64,000 bases of DNA from an uncultured Desulfobacter sp. (GTDB taxonomy: Bacteria > Desulfobacterota > Desulfobacteria > Desulfobacterales > Desulfobacteraceae), in contig OY762069.1 of the NCBI GenBank assembly GCA_963665095.1, forward strand, positions 2,208,001-2,272,000, read 5' to 3'. Below the pieces are notes generated by a model, which saw nothing but the letters and a program-made list of their open reading frames with translations, had not been told where the DNA came from and searched no databases. Position numbers and translations under genes: made by a program. Of the stretch, positions 1-10,923 are shown in pieces. The first letter of the stretch is position 1. Each line of letters opens with the position of its first letter.

Positions 1-1260
1 CAACGGCTTAAGGCCATAAGCCAGGCCATTGGCACGTTAAAACTGCCCCTTCCAAAACCTGAAAATTTAAAGATTCCTGAAAATATTGACCCAATAGAAA
101 TCCCTTTAGAGACCCTTGTTAAAAAATTTGGTCTGCTGAATGGGCAATCTGGAAAATCATTTCACTGGGAATGGAAAGGGCGCAGTCTTATGGCCCGGAC
201 AAAAACAGAAATCTGTGGCGTTATTAAATTTGCCACTAGCAGTAAAAACATCAGGGATCTTTATAAAGAAGCGCTCTGGATGAATCGGTTGAATGAAACA
301 CCATTGTATTCACAGTGCCTTGTGCCTGTCCCTGTCAACATTGAGCGTCAGTATATTTTCACCGTCAAAAATCCATTGCCTCAAGGGAGCCCTGACACTC
401 TTTTGGGAGCTGCCTGCATGGCATTCATTCCCTGCCCCGGGTATTATGACTACCCCAACCAGAAAGGTTCGACCCCGGACCAGGCAAAGGCCGCGTTTTT
501 CAAATCCGCGGAAATCCTTGGACTTCTGTCATCCCATGGCATTTTCCACACAGCCCTGATTCCTTTGTTCCATAACCGGGTTCAGCAGGCCCGAAGAAAT
601 GACAACGGCAGGTATCTCTGGGAACATGCCGGCCGCCTTGACCAGTGGCTGGATTCCAGTAAGTTTCCCAACTTCGCCGCCTCAGGCCTGAGAGACTTTG
701 AACATATGGTTCAAAAGGCTGACTTAAAGGACCTTGGACATTATACAGGAGAGTATCTGCTCAGCTTCATTCTTTCGGCCGGGGCCTTTTTCAGAAACAA
801 AGCGCCCCATCGGAGAGGCAAAAATGATCAGCAGCCCCATGTGGATACCCGGGACCTTTTTTCAAAAATCCTGTTTCAAGATTTTGTAACAGGCATATGC
901 CAACACTATTTTAAAGGACTCACCGGTTTTGATCTGTGCGATCTTCCGCTTTTTAACATCCCTTTGCTTATTGACAGGCTCATTGAAAGGATGGGATCAG
1001 ATGAACATATGGAAGAAGTCCTAAGAGTCCGTGATCAGCTGGATATGAACGATGAACAATTTGAAAAATATCTTAGGGCCAAAGGCGTCGGACAGATACC
1101 GGTCAGAGGTGAAAATGAGATTGTCCTGTTTACCGGCCCCCACCTTGGCGGCTTCAACCAGGCTATTTCCATACCGGATGTGATTGATTTTCTTTTTAAA
1201 TTTTCTGCCTGCTGTGTGTCATCCTGCTTTACGCCCCATGGTCTGCAGGATAGCGCCTGA
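1..1260 (+). CDS. SidJ-related pseudokinase (5' partial; frame is open from base 1)
   Basis: Frame 1 has no stop from base 1 to 1260. Motifs LFHNR..RR.D.G.Y.W, GRLD.WL and PNF..SGLRDFEH are recalled from SidJ-like proteins. Confidence 0.7.
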   Translation, partial: QRLKAISQAIGTLKLPLPKPENLKIPENIDPIEIPLETLVKKFGLLNGQSGKSFHWEWKGRSLMARTKTEICGVIKFATSSKNIRDLYKEALWMNRLNETPLYSQCLVPVPVNIERQYIFTVKNPLPQGSPDTLLGAACMAFIPCPGYYDYPNQKGSTPDQAKAAFFKSAEILGLLSSHGIFHTALIPLFHNRVQQARRNDNGRYLWEHAGRLDQWLDSSKFPNFAASGLRDFEHMVQKADLKDLGHYTGEYLLSFILSAGAFFRNKAPHRRGKNDQQPHVDTRDLFSKILFQDFVTGICQHYFKGLTGFDLCDLPLFNIPLLIDRLIERMGSDEHMEEVLRVRDQLDMNDEQFEKYLRAKGVGQIPVRGENEIVLFTGPHLGGFNQAISIPDVIDFLFKFSACCVSSCFTPHGLQDSA

Positions 1261-1285
1261 ACGGAAACTGTGTCCGAAAAAAAAT

Positions 1286-2422
1286 TCACTGCACCTTCAG
1301 CCTGTCTCCTGGATGGATCACATGTTTACTGGATAATTTGTTGAGCTTAAGCAGGGCAGACAAAGACATGCCATACTTCTTGGCAATGGATGTCAGGCTT
1401 TCTCCAGTTCTGACCACATGGATTTTGGCCGCATGGGCCTTGTTTGTTTTTTTCCCCTTCTCCCATGTATTATGCAGTGCTGCAAACCGTTTCAGGTACC
1501 CTTTCTCCTTGCCACTCGGTACCATAAGGATGTTCGTCCCTTTTGCCAGATAATATCCGCGGATCTCAGGATTAAAGTCCTTGATGGTTTTGAACGATAC
1601 CCCGCAGGCTTTAGCCACAAGGGATATGGGGATCTCATGATTCAGGGAAAACTTAACTTCCTTGTATTCAAACACCGGATAAAGATCCTGGGGGCTTAAA
1701 TCAAAACCATATGCTTCCGGGGAGGCCATGATCAGCTTCACTGCAGCAATTTTCAATATATATCGCTGGGTTTCCAGGGGCAGATAGAGGTCAAAAAAAT
1801 CCTTGGTGTCCTGAAGCTCAATGGCCCGGCTGAGACCATACTCCCCCATGTTGTAGGCAGACATGGCCAAAAGATAGGAGTCGAACTGATCATGCAGTTT
1901 TTTTAAATACCGGCAGGCCGCCTTTGTTGAAAGAAACAGGTTGCGGCGTTCATCTATTTTTGAATCAATGCGAAGGCCATATCGTTTTCCGGTGCTTTTG
2001 ATAAACTGCCAGTATCCCACCGCTCCTTTTGAGGACTGGCTATATGGCAGAAGTGCGCTTTCCACAATTGGCATAAACTTTAAATCCAGGGGCAGTTTTT
2101 CCTCTTTTAAAATTTTTTCAATGTGCGGAAACCAGCGATGGGCCCGTTTCAACCACAGCATCACCTGGGGCCTGTTCCATACTGAAAGCATCATCTCCTT
2201 TTCAAATCGTTCCCTCACCTCGGTATCTGTAAACGGTATCTTTTCACCACAAATATCGATATCGCCGGAAAAACGGACGGTTTCTGCAAGGGTTGGGATA
2301 TGCGTCCGCACAATGGGAGGACCCGCTTTTTCCTCCTTAACTTCTGATATTTCTTCAGTTGCCTTAATGTAGTCCGGTGCCAGAACAGCCAGAATAATTG
2401 CCAATAAAAAAAAAGATCTCAT
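1286..2422 (-). CDS. MltD-like lytic transglycosylase with C-terminal LysM
   Basis: Signal peptide, SLT motifs IVES, GAVGYWQF and AYNMGE, and LysM segment HVVRTGESLTSIAKKY. Confidence 0.9.
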   Translation of the reverse strand: MRSFFLLAIILAVLAPDYIKATEEISEVKEEKAGPPIVRTHIPTLAETVRFSGDIDICGEKIPFTDTEVRERFEKEMMLSVWNRPQVMLWLKRAHRWFPHIEKILKEEKLPLDLKFMPIVESALLPYSQSSKGAVGYWQFIKSTGKRYGLRIDSKIDERRNLFLSTKAACRYLKKLHDQFDSYLLAMSAYNMGEYGLSRAIELQDTKDFFDLYLPLETQRYILKIAAVKLIMASPEAYGFDLSPQDLYPVFEYKEVKFSLNHEIPISLVAKACGVSFKTIKDFNPEIRGYYLAKGTNILMVPSGKEKGYLKRFAALHNTWEKGKKTNKAHAAKIHVVRTGESLTSIAKKYGMSLSALLKLNKLSSKHVIHPGDRLKVQ

Positions 2423-2777
2423 GATGCCCTGCTTTTGGATATTATCTCTTAGATGACGCCAGGCCTGAAAAAATTATATTTAACAATTGAATCCCAGGGC
2501 CGGGCTGCAAGATTTCAAAAACAATGATGACATTACAAACTCTAAAAATCAAGACCGCTCCGACAGGCGGGTCCCGTATGGGAAACAACAGACTGGCAGG
2601 ATTTTTGACCACTGCTGTCCGCACCGCACGCACAACCATATAATTTTTTATAGGTACCGCACTGCTGGAATCGCGACCTTTACATCACAGTTTACATAAG
2701 AGACGGACACCGGGTATTTTCAAATGACATCTAATGTGCCATAATAGCCGATCTGTATTTCACAGGTCTTTACGAAC

Positions 2778-3584
2778 ATGGATGAGAACACGGTTGATAT
2801 CTTGATTTCTTTTATAAAAGACTTGGCCATTGAAGCCGGCAAGATCTGTATTGACGGACAGAACAATCTGACGTCCGGCGATCTTGAATTCAAATCAGCA
2901 AAAGATATTGTCACAGTAGTTGACAAAAAAGTGGAAGATTTCCTTATCAGGGAAATTCAGAATCACTACCCGGATCACGGCGTACTCGGAGAAGAGCGGG
3001 GAGCCATCCGGACGCAGGGCCGTTTCAGATGGATCATTGATCCCATCGACGGCACCACCTCTTTTGTCCACAGGCTTCCCTTTTACAGCATCAGCATTGC
3101 ATTGGAAGCGGATGGAGAATTCATTTTGGGATTGGTACATGCACCCGCTTTAGGACAGGTGTTTTATGCGCAAAAGGGCAAAGGGGCGTTTGTGAATGAC
3201 ACCCCTGTCCGGGCGTCTGAAACAAAAACGCTGGATTGCGCGGTTATGGCCACTGGATTTGCCTGTTTAAGATCAGGATGGAAAAATAACAATCTGCCGG
3301 TTTTCAACCATATAGTTCCCGAACTCAGAGATATCCGGAGGTTCGGATCCGCAGCCATTGACCTGTGTTATGTGGCTTTGGGCAGCCTGGACGGATTCTG
3401 GGAGATGAATCTCAATATTTATGATATTGCTGCAGGTGTGGTTATTCTCAAAGAAGCCGGCGGCGTGGTCAGCGATTTTACAGGCGGCTCAAGTTTTCCC
3501 CAAAACGGAATTGCAGCTGCAAACAGACATCTGCATCCGGAACTGCTCCGTCTGCTGGCACCGTTTTCTGCGGCAGCATCCTGA
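2778..3584 (+). CDS. suhB: Inositol monophosphatase family protein
   Basis: GEE, WIIDPIDGTT, RRFGSAA, YDIAAG motifs. Confidence 0.9.
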   Translation: MDENTVDILISFIKDLAIEAGKICIDGQNNLTSGDLEFKSAKDIVTVVDKKVEDFLIREIQNHYPDHGVLGEERGAIRTQGRFRWIIDPIDGTTSFVHRLPFYSISIALEADGEFILGLVHAPALGQVFYAQKGKGAFVNDTPVRASETKTLDCAVMATGFACLRSGWKNNNLPVFNHIVPELRDIRRFGSAAIDLCYVALGSLDGFWEMNLNIYDIAAGVVILKEAGGVVSDFTGGSSFPQNGIAAANRHLHPELLRLLAPFSAAAS

Positions 3585-3593
3585 AAAACATAC

Positions 3594-3860
3594 ATGACTA
3601 TTATTTTTTCCATCATATTTATTTTGAGCATGGCCGCAGGCGTGGCCGTTGGATATTATCATCATTATACCTGGGTGGGGTATACCATCACTTTGGCCAT
3701 CAGTGGGTTTGTTGGTTCGAGCATCATTGCCGTTCTTTTCTCCTGCTTGTATTTATTTCAAAAGGATGCTGACGTACCGAATTCACAGGATGTAAATCCG
3801 GATATGAATCAGGATAAAAAAATCAGCCAGGATCAAGGGATAAAAAAAATCGAACAATGA
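3594..3860 (+). CDS. Small hypothetical membrane protein
   Basis: Two hydrophobic segments; stop overlaps the rbgA start (ATGA). Confidence 0.6.
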   Translation: MTIIFSIIFILSMAAGVAVGYYHHYTWVGYTITLAISGFVGSSIIAVLFSCLYLFQKDADVPNSQDVNPDMNQDKKISQDQGIKKIEQ

Positions 3861-4711
3861 CAATCCAGTGGTTTCCCGGACATATGCTGGAGACAAGAAA
3901 TCAGCTCAAAGCATCCATTGCCAGGGTGGATGCGCTGCTTGAGGTGGTGGATGCGCGGCTGCCCTTTTCCAGCTCAAATCCTTTTGTGGATAAAATTGCA
4001 AAAGGCAAGCACCGTCTGAAGGTGCTGAATAAGGCAGATATTGCCGACCCCGACGTGACCCAATCCTGGCTTGATTTTTATAATATCGATCTGCAGCAAC
4101 CTGCGGCAGCCATCTGTGGGACCAGTGCGGACATGGCCAACAAGGCCCTTGAGACCCTGGTATCCCGGGTCAGCAGAAACCAGGCCAGAAAGGCGAAAGT
4201 GATGGTGGTGGGCATTCCCAATACTGGAAAATCCACTATTTTAAATACGCTGGCAGGGAAAAAAGTGGCCAAAACCGGCAATGTCCCGGCTGTCACCAGG
4301 CACCAGCAGCGGACCAGTCTTTCAGATAATATTGATATATATGATACTCCCGGCATCCTGTGGCCGGTGATTGAGCCACAACAGCGGGGCCTTGCCCTGG
4401 CTGTGTCCGGTGCCATCAGTGACACAGCTGTTGACTATCACGAAATTGCCTTTTTTGCGGCACGGCTACTTTTAGAAAAATATCCGGTCGGACTTGTGGC
4501 GCGCTATCCGTTTCTGGACCCTCTAATTCATGATCCTCAGATGTTGATTGAATCAGTGGGAAAGGCCAGAGGGTGCCTTAAAAAAGGTGGACATATCAAT
4601 TACCAGAAAGCATCCGAGTTGATCATCAGGGACTTAAGATCCGGAAAACTTGGCCGGATCAGTTATGAAACCCCAAAGGACATAGATTTAAACCATGACA
4701 CAGACGAATAG
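3857..4711 (+). CDS. rbgA: Ribosome biogenesis GTPase RbgA/YlqF
   Basis: IQWFPGHM N-terminus; circularly permuted NKAD ... GIPNTGKS ... DTPG. Confidence 0.95.
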   Translation: MTIQWFPGHMLETRNQLKASIARVDALLEVVDARLPFSSSNPFVDKIAKGKHRLKVLNKADIADPDVTQSWLDFYNIDLQQPAAAICGTSADMANKALETLVSRVSRNQARKAKVMVVGIPNTGKSTILNTLAGKKVAKTGNVPAVTRHQQRTSLSDNIDIYDTPGILWPVIEPQQRGLALAVSGAISDTAVDYHEIAFFAARLLLEKYPVGLVARYPFLDPLIHDPQMLIESVGKARGCLKKGGHINYQKASELIIRDLRSGKLGRISYETPKDIDLNHDTDE

Positions 4712-6749
4712 ACCCTTCCACCTGTTCCGGGCCGCACTTATCATTGCTATATCCCTTTATTACATCCCTTTGTGCAGGGCAGCCATACCGGAACTGTCTT
4801 ACCAGGCGGACCAGTCCAGGCGGTGCGTTGACATCGTCAATGCCCTTGAACGGGATCATTTTACAGGAAAAACCCTTGATAAAAAGATGTCAGATCAAGT
4901 TTTTGACACCTATATCAAATACCTGGATCCGGGAAAGCATCTGCTTACCCAGACCGACCTTGATGCATTTGCGCCATTGAAACGACTTATGTATATGTAT
5001 GTGAAACGCGGAGATTTAGGACCTGCTTTTGAGATTTTCAACCTGTACCAGTCCCGCAGCAGCCAGCGCCTTGAGTATATTCTGTCGCTGATTGAGAACT
5101 GGTCCACGCAGATCGATTTTACAAAAAACGACACCATTGTTATTGATTATAAACACAAACCCTTTCTCAAAGACGTCAGCGAGCTTAAACCGTTATGGAA
5201 AAAAGAGCTTAAAAATCACATCATCAGCCTGAAACTGGACAGCACGCCCGAGGAGGAGCTGACAGATACTTTGAAAAAGATCTACTCCAACCGACTCTCC
5301 CGCCTTTCCCAGACAGAGTCCAGGGATGTTTTCCAAATTTTCATGAATGCGGTGACCATGTCCTTTGATCCCCACTCCCAGTATTTTGCCCCCCGCCTGT
5401 CTGAGGATTTTGACATCCACATGAAGCTGAGCCTGGAAGGCATCGGAGCAGTATTGCAAAATGAATATGAATACACAAAGGTGGTACGCCTGATTCCCAA
5501 AGGTCCGGCAGACAAATCTCAGAAACTGGCCCCGGGAGATAAAATAATCGGGGTCGGCCAGGGAAAAGACGGGGAGATCAAGGACACCATCGGCCAGCGC
5601 ATTGATGATGTTGTCAAACTGATACGGGGACCCAAAGATACCTATGTGCGGCTGAAAATCATTCCGGCCAGAAAATCCAGCGTCACTTCAACCATCAGCA
5701 TCAAGAGGGATAAGGTTAAATTAGAGGAGCAGTCCGCCAAGAAAAAGGTGGAAGAAGTTACAGTCAGCGGCCATACCTATAAAATAGGCATTATAGAAGT
5801 TCCCAACTTTTACATTGATTTTGACGCCTTTCACAGAGGTGACATGGACTATAAAAGTACCACAAGGGATGTGGAAAAACTTTTACAGGAGCTTAAGGAA
5901 GAAAACATTGATGCACTGATCATGGATCTGCGGGACAATGGGGGAGGATCACTTAAGGAAGCCAGTGATCTGACGGGCCTGTTTATTAAATCAGGACCTA
6001 CGGTTCAGATTAAAACCAAAACCCGGATATCCCGCCTCTATGATGAAGACCCAAGAATTTTCTACACCGGGCCGCTGATTGTGATGATCAACCGGATGAG
6101 CGCCTCTGCCACAGAGATCTTTGCAGGGGCTATCAAAGACTACCACCGGGGAATCCTTGTGGGCACCCAAAGTTTTGGCAAGGGAACGGTTCAGGAACTA
6201 AAACCCTTGGGGGATGGCCGGTTGAAAATGACATCGGCCAAATTTTACCGGATTTCAGGCAAAAGTACCCAGCATCAAGGGGTTGAGCCGGATATCTGGT
6301 TTCCCAAGATATATAAGACCCTGGACACAGGCGAAAGCGCACTGGACGGCGCCCTTCTCTGTGATCAGATCAACGCCACCCGGTATGCGGCATATATCTC
6401 TTTACAGCCGGTCATCTCCAGTCTTGGCAATGCGTATAAAAAACGGGCGGCAACGTCCGCCGGCATCAATTACCTTAAACAGCGAATCCACATGGCAGAA
6501 ACTTTAAGCGGGAGTAAAAGCCTGTCACTGAACCTTGAGGAACGTATAAAAGAGGATAAGGCCCAGGCTACTGAAGAGCTGGCAGTGGAAAACCAGTACC
6601 GCAAACAAACAGGGGAAGCGACTTTGGAATCTTTGGATGATATTGATCCCGAACGGGAAGAGATCAAGGATATCCTCACAGACCAGGCCAAATACATTGC
6701 GGCGGATTTCATCACCCTGAGCGGTAAACTTGGATACAAGTGGCGGTAG
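4695..6749 (+). CDS. prc: Carboxy-terminal processing (tail-specific) protease, S41
   Basis: DPHS, PDZ GIGA, DLRDNGGGSL, SASATEIFAGA, FGKGTVQ. Confidence 0.92.
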   Translation: MTQTNRPFHLFRAALIIAISLYYIPLCRAAIPELSYQADQSRRCVDIVNALERDHFTGKTLDKKMSDQVFDTYIKYLDPGKHLLTQTDLDAFAPLKRLMYMYVKRGDLGPAFEIFNLYQSRSSQRLEYILSLIENWSTQIDFTKNDTIVIDYKHKPFLKDVSELKPLWKKELKNHIISLKLDSTPEEELTDTLKKIYSNRLSRLSQTESRDVFQIFMNAVTMSFDPHSQYFAPRLSEDFDIHMKLSLEGIGAVLQNEYEYTKVVRLIPKGPADKSQKLAPGDKIIGVGQGKDGEIKDTIGQRIDDVVKLIRGPKDTYVRLKIIPARKSSVTSTISIKRDKVKLEEQSAKKKVEEVTVSGHTYKIGIIEVPNFYIDFDAFHRGDMDYKSTTRDVEKLLQELKEENIDALIMDLRDNGGGSLKEASDLTGLFIKSGPTVQIKTKTRISRLYDEDPRIFYTGPLIVMINRMSASATEIFAGAIKDYHRGILVGTQSFGKGTVQELKPLGDGRLKMTSAKFYRISGKSTQHQGVEPDIWFPKIYKTLDTGESALDGALLCDQINATRYAAYISLQPVISSLGNAYKKRAATSAGINYLKQRIHMAETLSGSKSLSLNLEERIKEDKAQATEELAVENQYRKQTGEATLESLDDIDPEREEIKDILTDQAKYIAADFITLSGKLGYKWR

Positions 6750-6869
6750 GAATGGTACAAGGGGAAATAATATGATCCGCCAGCAGTGCTGAGGCAAAAT
6801 TTTTTAATCCAGTAATCAATAAAACAGGATAAAAGAAACCGTATTTATACGGGAACTGCTAAAAAATGT

Positions 6870-9800
6870 ATGGGCACCAAGCAAAAAGTCATATGGGGCA
6901 TTACCATTTTTACGGTACTATTTTTTATGGCCTGCACTGTGCTTTTAGCTTTTGCAATCACGCCCCTGGTTAATACAAAGGCAGTTAAAACCCGCCTGAT
7001 CCGGACCATTGAAGACCGATTTGACACCCCGGTCCTGATGGGCCGGATTCAATTTTCCCTGCACCCTGTACCTGGCATAAGTGTCACTGACATCGGGGTG
7101 GAGTTAAATGAACAGACCCGTCTTAAAATTAAAACGCTTGAGATTGATCTTGACCTGAACCGTCTTTTTAAACTTCAACCGGCTGCTGCACGTATCAGAA
7201 TTCTATATCCCGAGCTGATTCAATCTGAAACAGGACCTTTGTCAGGCCGGAAGACACAAGGTGCCCATGGAAATTTCCTTTCCCTGCTGCCTGAAATCCG
7301 AAGCAGACTGCTTGCCCTGGTACCTGCTGCTGGAGATACTATAGAGATCATTATTTCCAATGCCAGATCTTTTTACTTTAAATCCATGGACAGCAGGCTT
7401 TGCCTTTCAAGAGATACAGACGCCATTGATTTCCAGGCAAAGATAACAGGTGTCCGGGTAAACTTTGACCAGTTTTTCATGCTCAACGATGCCGTCAGGG
7501 ACCGTATAACAGGGGTTGATGCCAAAGAACTGCACCTAAGCTGTTTCCATGATAAAGATACAGAGTTGTCCTGCAAACTCGATATATGTGCTCCTAAGAT
7601 CCTTCTTTCGGCGCCTGATTCCCGAGGCCTTGAAGCAGAAAAGCTACAACTTGAATTCTTTTGGGCAGATCAACTTTTGCATGCCCGTCTTATCCCATGT
7701 GACGTTACATTTCCAAAAAGCCATGTGGGGATCAACTTTTCACGAAATTCTGAAAATAATACTTCCCAAATCAAATTTACCGGGGATGATATTGATATCA
7801 GCCAGGCAAGAGAGGTCTGTTCCTCTTTGCTCAAAGGTGTCACCATCTCCGACACCCTGTTCGATATTCTTAAATCAGGTACCGCCAGCCATATTACAGT
7901 AGGATTTAAGGGAAATGAACTGAATCACCTGTTCACGGCTGAGAACCTGGTGCTGCAGGGTATTGCCCATTCTGCTACGGTTAAAATCCCCCAAGTACCT
8001 GTTGTCGTAACCAATGCATCAGGCTGGGCCAAAATGGAACAGGGGATACTCAGTATCTTTCCCCAATCCGGTCATGTGGGCAACTCCGTTGTATCCGGCG
8101 GCACCCTGAATTTGAATCTGCTCCATCACCACATCAATTTTTCAGGCAGTTTTCCCATAAAGGTGGATCTGTCTGAACTGCCTGGGGCACTCATGCGTAT
8201 TCTGCCGGGAACAAAACTGGCCCGGGAGCTGTCTAAAATTTCCCAAATCAGCGGGAAGGCAGATGCAATGCTGGAATTGTACAGAGACCAGAAGCTTCAC
8301 ATACCTGAGGTAAAAATTACTGCAACCAACATCAAAGCTGACGGCTCCTACCAAAGGATTCCACTGCCACTCCAGGTTAACGGCGGCAATTTTTTCCTGG
8401 ACCACGACACCGTTACACTGAAAAATTTGTCTGGGAGAATAGGAAACAGCAAAATATCAAATCTTGATGCAACTGTGGAAATTAATGACCCTGTTCCCAT
8501 GACCATACAAAACATGACAGGAAATATTATTCTGGAGGAGATCCAGCCACTGGTTGATATGTTCCCCGGGGCAAAAGAGATGCTCTCAATTGTACATAAA
8601 TGTTCCGGCCATTTGGGGGTGTCGCATCTTCAGGTCCAGGGTCCCATGTTTAAGCCCTTGCAATGGCGGGTTGATATGGCAGGTCAGGTACAAAACGCCG
8701 CGTTGATATTTACAAACAATTCTTCCGGCATCACGGAGATGTCAGGCAGGGTTCAGGTAACATCCACGGCACTGGGTCTCTCAGATATTTCATGCAAAAT
8801 TAATGATCTGTATTTCCTTGACAATACAATCTCCAAGCAATACACCCAAAGCATAGATCTGCCGTTGAGTCTATCAAATGGCAGACTTAACATAGAAAAA
8901 AATAACTGTCTGATTGAAGCCTGCCTGCAGCCTCCTTCCGGGGCGTTGATATGGTTTGAAGCTGACGGCCCTGTCCTGTCAGAATTAAAACCTTCAAAAC
9001 TTCGGATAACAGACGGAAAACTTTCCAATGCCGATATTGTTTTTCACCATAACCCGGACATGCCAAGACTTAGATTCTCAGGGAAACTGGATACAACCAC
9101 ATTGGACAACCTTTTGATCAGGAACTCGCTTCTGCATAAAAATCTTCTGAAGGTCACAGGAAATAACTCTTTAAACATTTTTACCGACCAGAATTCATTC
9201 ATCACCATAAAGGCGCAAAAACTGAATCTTGACCCCCTCATATCCCCCCGAAACAAACCAGCAACAGGTGACAGAGTCCGGCCCTGGACAGAACAGAAGC
9301 AAATTTTCTTTGAAATTGACGAGTTGAACTTTAGCAACCATCTGTTTCATGATGTCCTGGCAAAGGCGAGTGCATACCAGTCAACCACCCGAATCGACAT
9401 CAAAGAGGCGTTGTACTGCGGCCTGGATTTTTCAGGGGAGATATCCATAGACCATGCAGCACATGAACAGGGGGTATCCACACACTTTTTTTTTGAAACC
9501 AAAACGCAAAACGATGTTTCAACCACCTTTGGATGCCTGACAGGCACTCAAAGCGTTATTGAGGGGGTTTACAATTTAAAAGGCGAGCTAAGTGGGACAG
9601 CAGACACCCTGGAACAGGTTAAATACAAACAGAACGGATACCTGAATTTTCAGGCCCGGTCCGGCCGTATCTACAAAGCAACAGTTTTGTCCCGGCTTTT
9701 GTCTGTTTTGAATATACTCAGTGAACCTGACCTGCAGCAACAGGGATTCGGATTTAAAACATTTACGGCACAGACAGAGGTTAAAGACAGCGTTATTCAC

Positions 9801-10130
9801 TTGAAAAAGGCGTTTATTGATGCCGATAATATGGCCATAATTGCAGATGGCTGGGCAGCCCCGCTCAATGATGCACTGGATGTCACTTTTCTGGTTGCAC
9901 CGTTTAAAACCCTTGACATCATCATTCAGCATATACCCATTGTCAACACGATATTAAAAGGAAACCTGGTCTCTTTTCCTGCCCAGGCCAATGGGAAAAT
10001 TTCCAATCCCACGGTAATCCCCCTTCACCCGTCTGCTGTAGGCAAAGGGTTGCTCAATCTGCTGGAGGACCTGGTTAAAGCACCTGCCCGCCTTATGGAA
10101 GGAGTTGATCAAAATGACAAAAAGCCCTGA
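6870..10130 (+). CDS. AsmA-like/YhdP-type envelope protein
   Basis: 1086 aa, single N-terminal TM, beta-rich body, AsmA_2-like C-terminus. Confidence 0.7.
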   Translation: MGTKQKVIWGITIFTVLFFMACTVLLAFAITPLVNTKAVKTRLIRTIEDRFDTPVLMGRIQFSLHPVPGISVTDIGVELNEQTRLKIKTLEIDLDLNRLFKLQPAAARIRILYPELIQSETGPLSGRKTQGAHGNFLSLLPEIRSRLLALVPAAGDTIEIIISNARSFYFKSMDSRLCLSRDTDAIDFQAKITGVRVNFDQFFMLNDAVRDRITGVDAKELHLSCFHDKDTELSCKLDICAPKILLSAPDSRGLEAEKLQLEFFWADQLLHARLIPCDVTFPKSHVGINFSRNSENNTSQIKFTGDDIDISQAREVCSSLLKGVTISDTLFDILKSGTASHITVGFKGNELNHLFTAENLVLQGIAHSATVKIPQVPVVVTNASGWAKMEQGILSIFPQSGHVGNSVVSGGTLNLNLLHHHINFSGSFPIKVDLSELPGALMRILPGTKLARELSKISQISGKADAMLELYRDQKLHIPEVKITATNIKADGSYQRIPLPLQVNGGNFFLDHDTVTLKNLSGRIGNSKISNLDATVEINDPVPMTIQNMTGNIILEEIQPLVDMFPGAKEMLSIVHKCSGHLGVSHLQVQGPMFKPLQWRVDMAGQVQNAALIFTNNSSGITEMSGRVQVTSTALGLSDISCKINDLYFLDNTISKQYTQSIDLPLSLSNGRLNIEKNNCLIEACLQPPSGALIWFEADGPVLSELKPSKLRITDGKLSNADIVFHHNPDMPRLRFSGKLDTTTLDNLLIRNSLLHKNLLKVTGNNSLNIFTDQNSFITIKAQKLNLDPLISPRNKPATGDRVRPWTEQKQIFFEIDELNFSNHLFHDVLAKASAYQSTTRIDIKEALYCGLDFSGEISIDHAAHEQGVSTHFFFETKTQNDVSTTFGCLTGTQSVIEGVYNLKGELSGTADTLEQVKYKQNGYLNFQARSGRIYKATVLSRLLSVLNILSEPDLQQQGFGFKTFTAQTEVKDSVIHLKKAFIDADNMAIIADGWAAPLNDALDVTFLVAPFKTLDIIIQHIPIVNTILKGNLVSFPAQANGKISNPTVIPLHPSAVGKGLLNLLEDLVKAPARLMEGVDQNDKKP

Positions 10131-10923
10131 TATCTTTTCACATGAATTTTTCCTACCTTACTCTGCTTTGACTGTGGGGGGCAGGGTTAAGATGGACTGG
10201 CTGCTAAATATATTCCAGGACGCGGCATCAACCCAATGCCATAATATGGGGGTTTCCGGCTTTGACATGGCCAGAAAGCAGCTCAAATGGGTTGTAGTGC
10301 AATACCGCATTCAAATCCATCAGCCTATTGACTGGATGATGCCTCTGGTTTTAAAAACCTGGCGGTCACCCTGGAAAAACCTCTATGAAGTCAGACATTA
10401 CACATTGCATGCACAGGGGCCAAGTGCACAGGAAAATGATCCCCCAGTGGTATCAGCAACCAGTGTCTGGATATTGATCAAAGCGGCAAATAATCGTCCT
10501 GTCAGACTTTCCCCTAATATGCCGCCCGATCTTATGCAATGCGAACCTGAACCAACTGAACTGCTCAAATCCGCCCCTGACATCACCAGGGTTGACCATG
10601 AATGCACATTTCCGGTTCATTTTTTAGATCTGGATCTGAACCAGCACGTCAATAACAGAGTTTATATCAGGTGGGCAATAGAGAGCCTTCCCGGCCAGCT
10701 GAATTTTGAATACAACCCGGTCACATGTGATGTGGTTTACCAGAAAGAAGCTTTGGCAAACGACACTGTACAAAGCTGTGTATCAATGGAGTCTTCCGGC
10801 AGCAGGTTAACCACCAACCATGTTATTATCAGGCAATCTTCCCAGGAAAGGCTGGCACATCTGACCCTGACCTGGGAAAAAATTGCCACAGGCAGCCTCT
10901 TTCAGTCCCGTCATGACCTGTGA
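10114..10923 (+). CDS. Acyl-ACP thioesterase
   Basis: DLDLNQHVNN motif, double hot-dog size; GAAGGAG RBS before ATG 10114. Confidence 0.88.
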   Translation: MTKSPDIFSHEFFLPYSALTVGGRVKMDWLLNIFQDAASTQCHNMGVSGFDMARKQLKWVVVQYRIQIHQPIDWMMPLVLKTWRSPWKNLYEVRHYTLHAQGPSAQENDPPVVSATSVWILIKAANNRPVRLSPNMPPDLMQCEPEPTELLKSAPDITRVDHECTFPVHFLDLDLNQHVNNRVYIRWAIESLPGQLNFEYNPVTCDVVYQKEALANDTVQSCVSMESSGSRLTTNHVIIRQSSQERLAHLTLTWEKIATGSLFQSRHDL

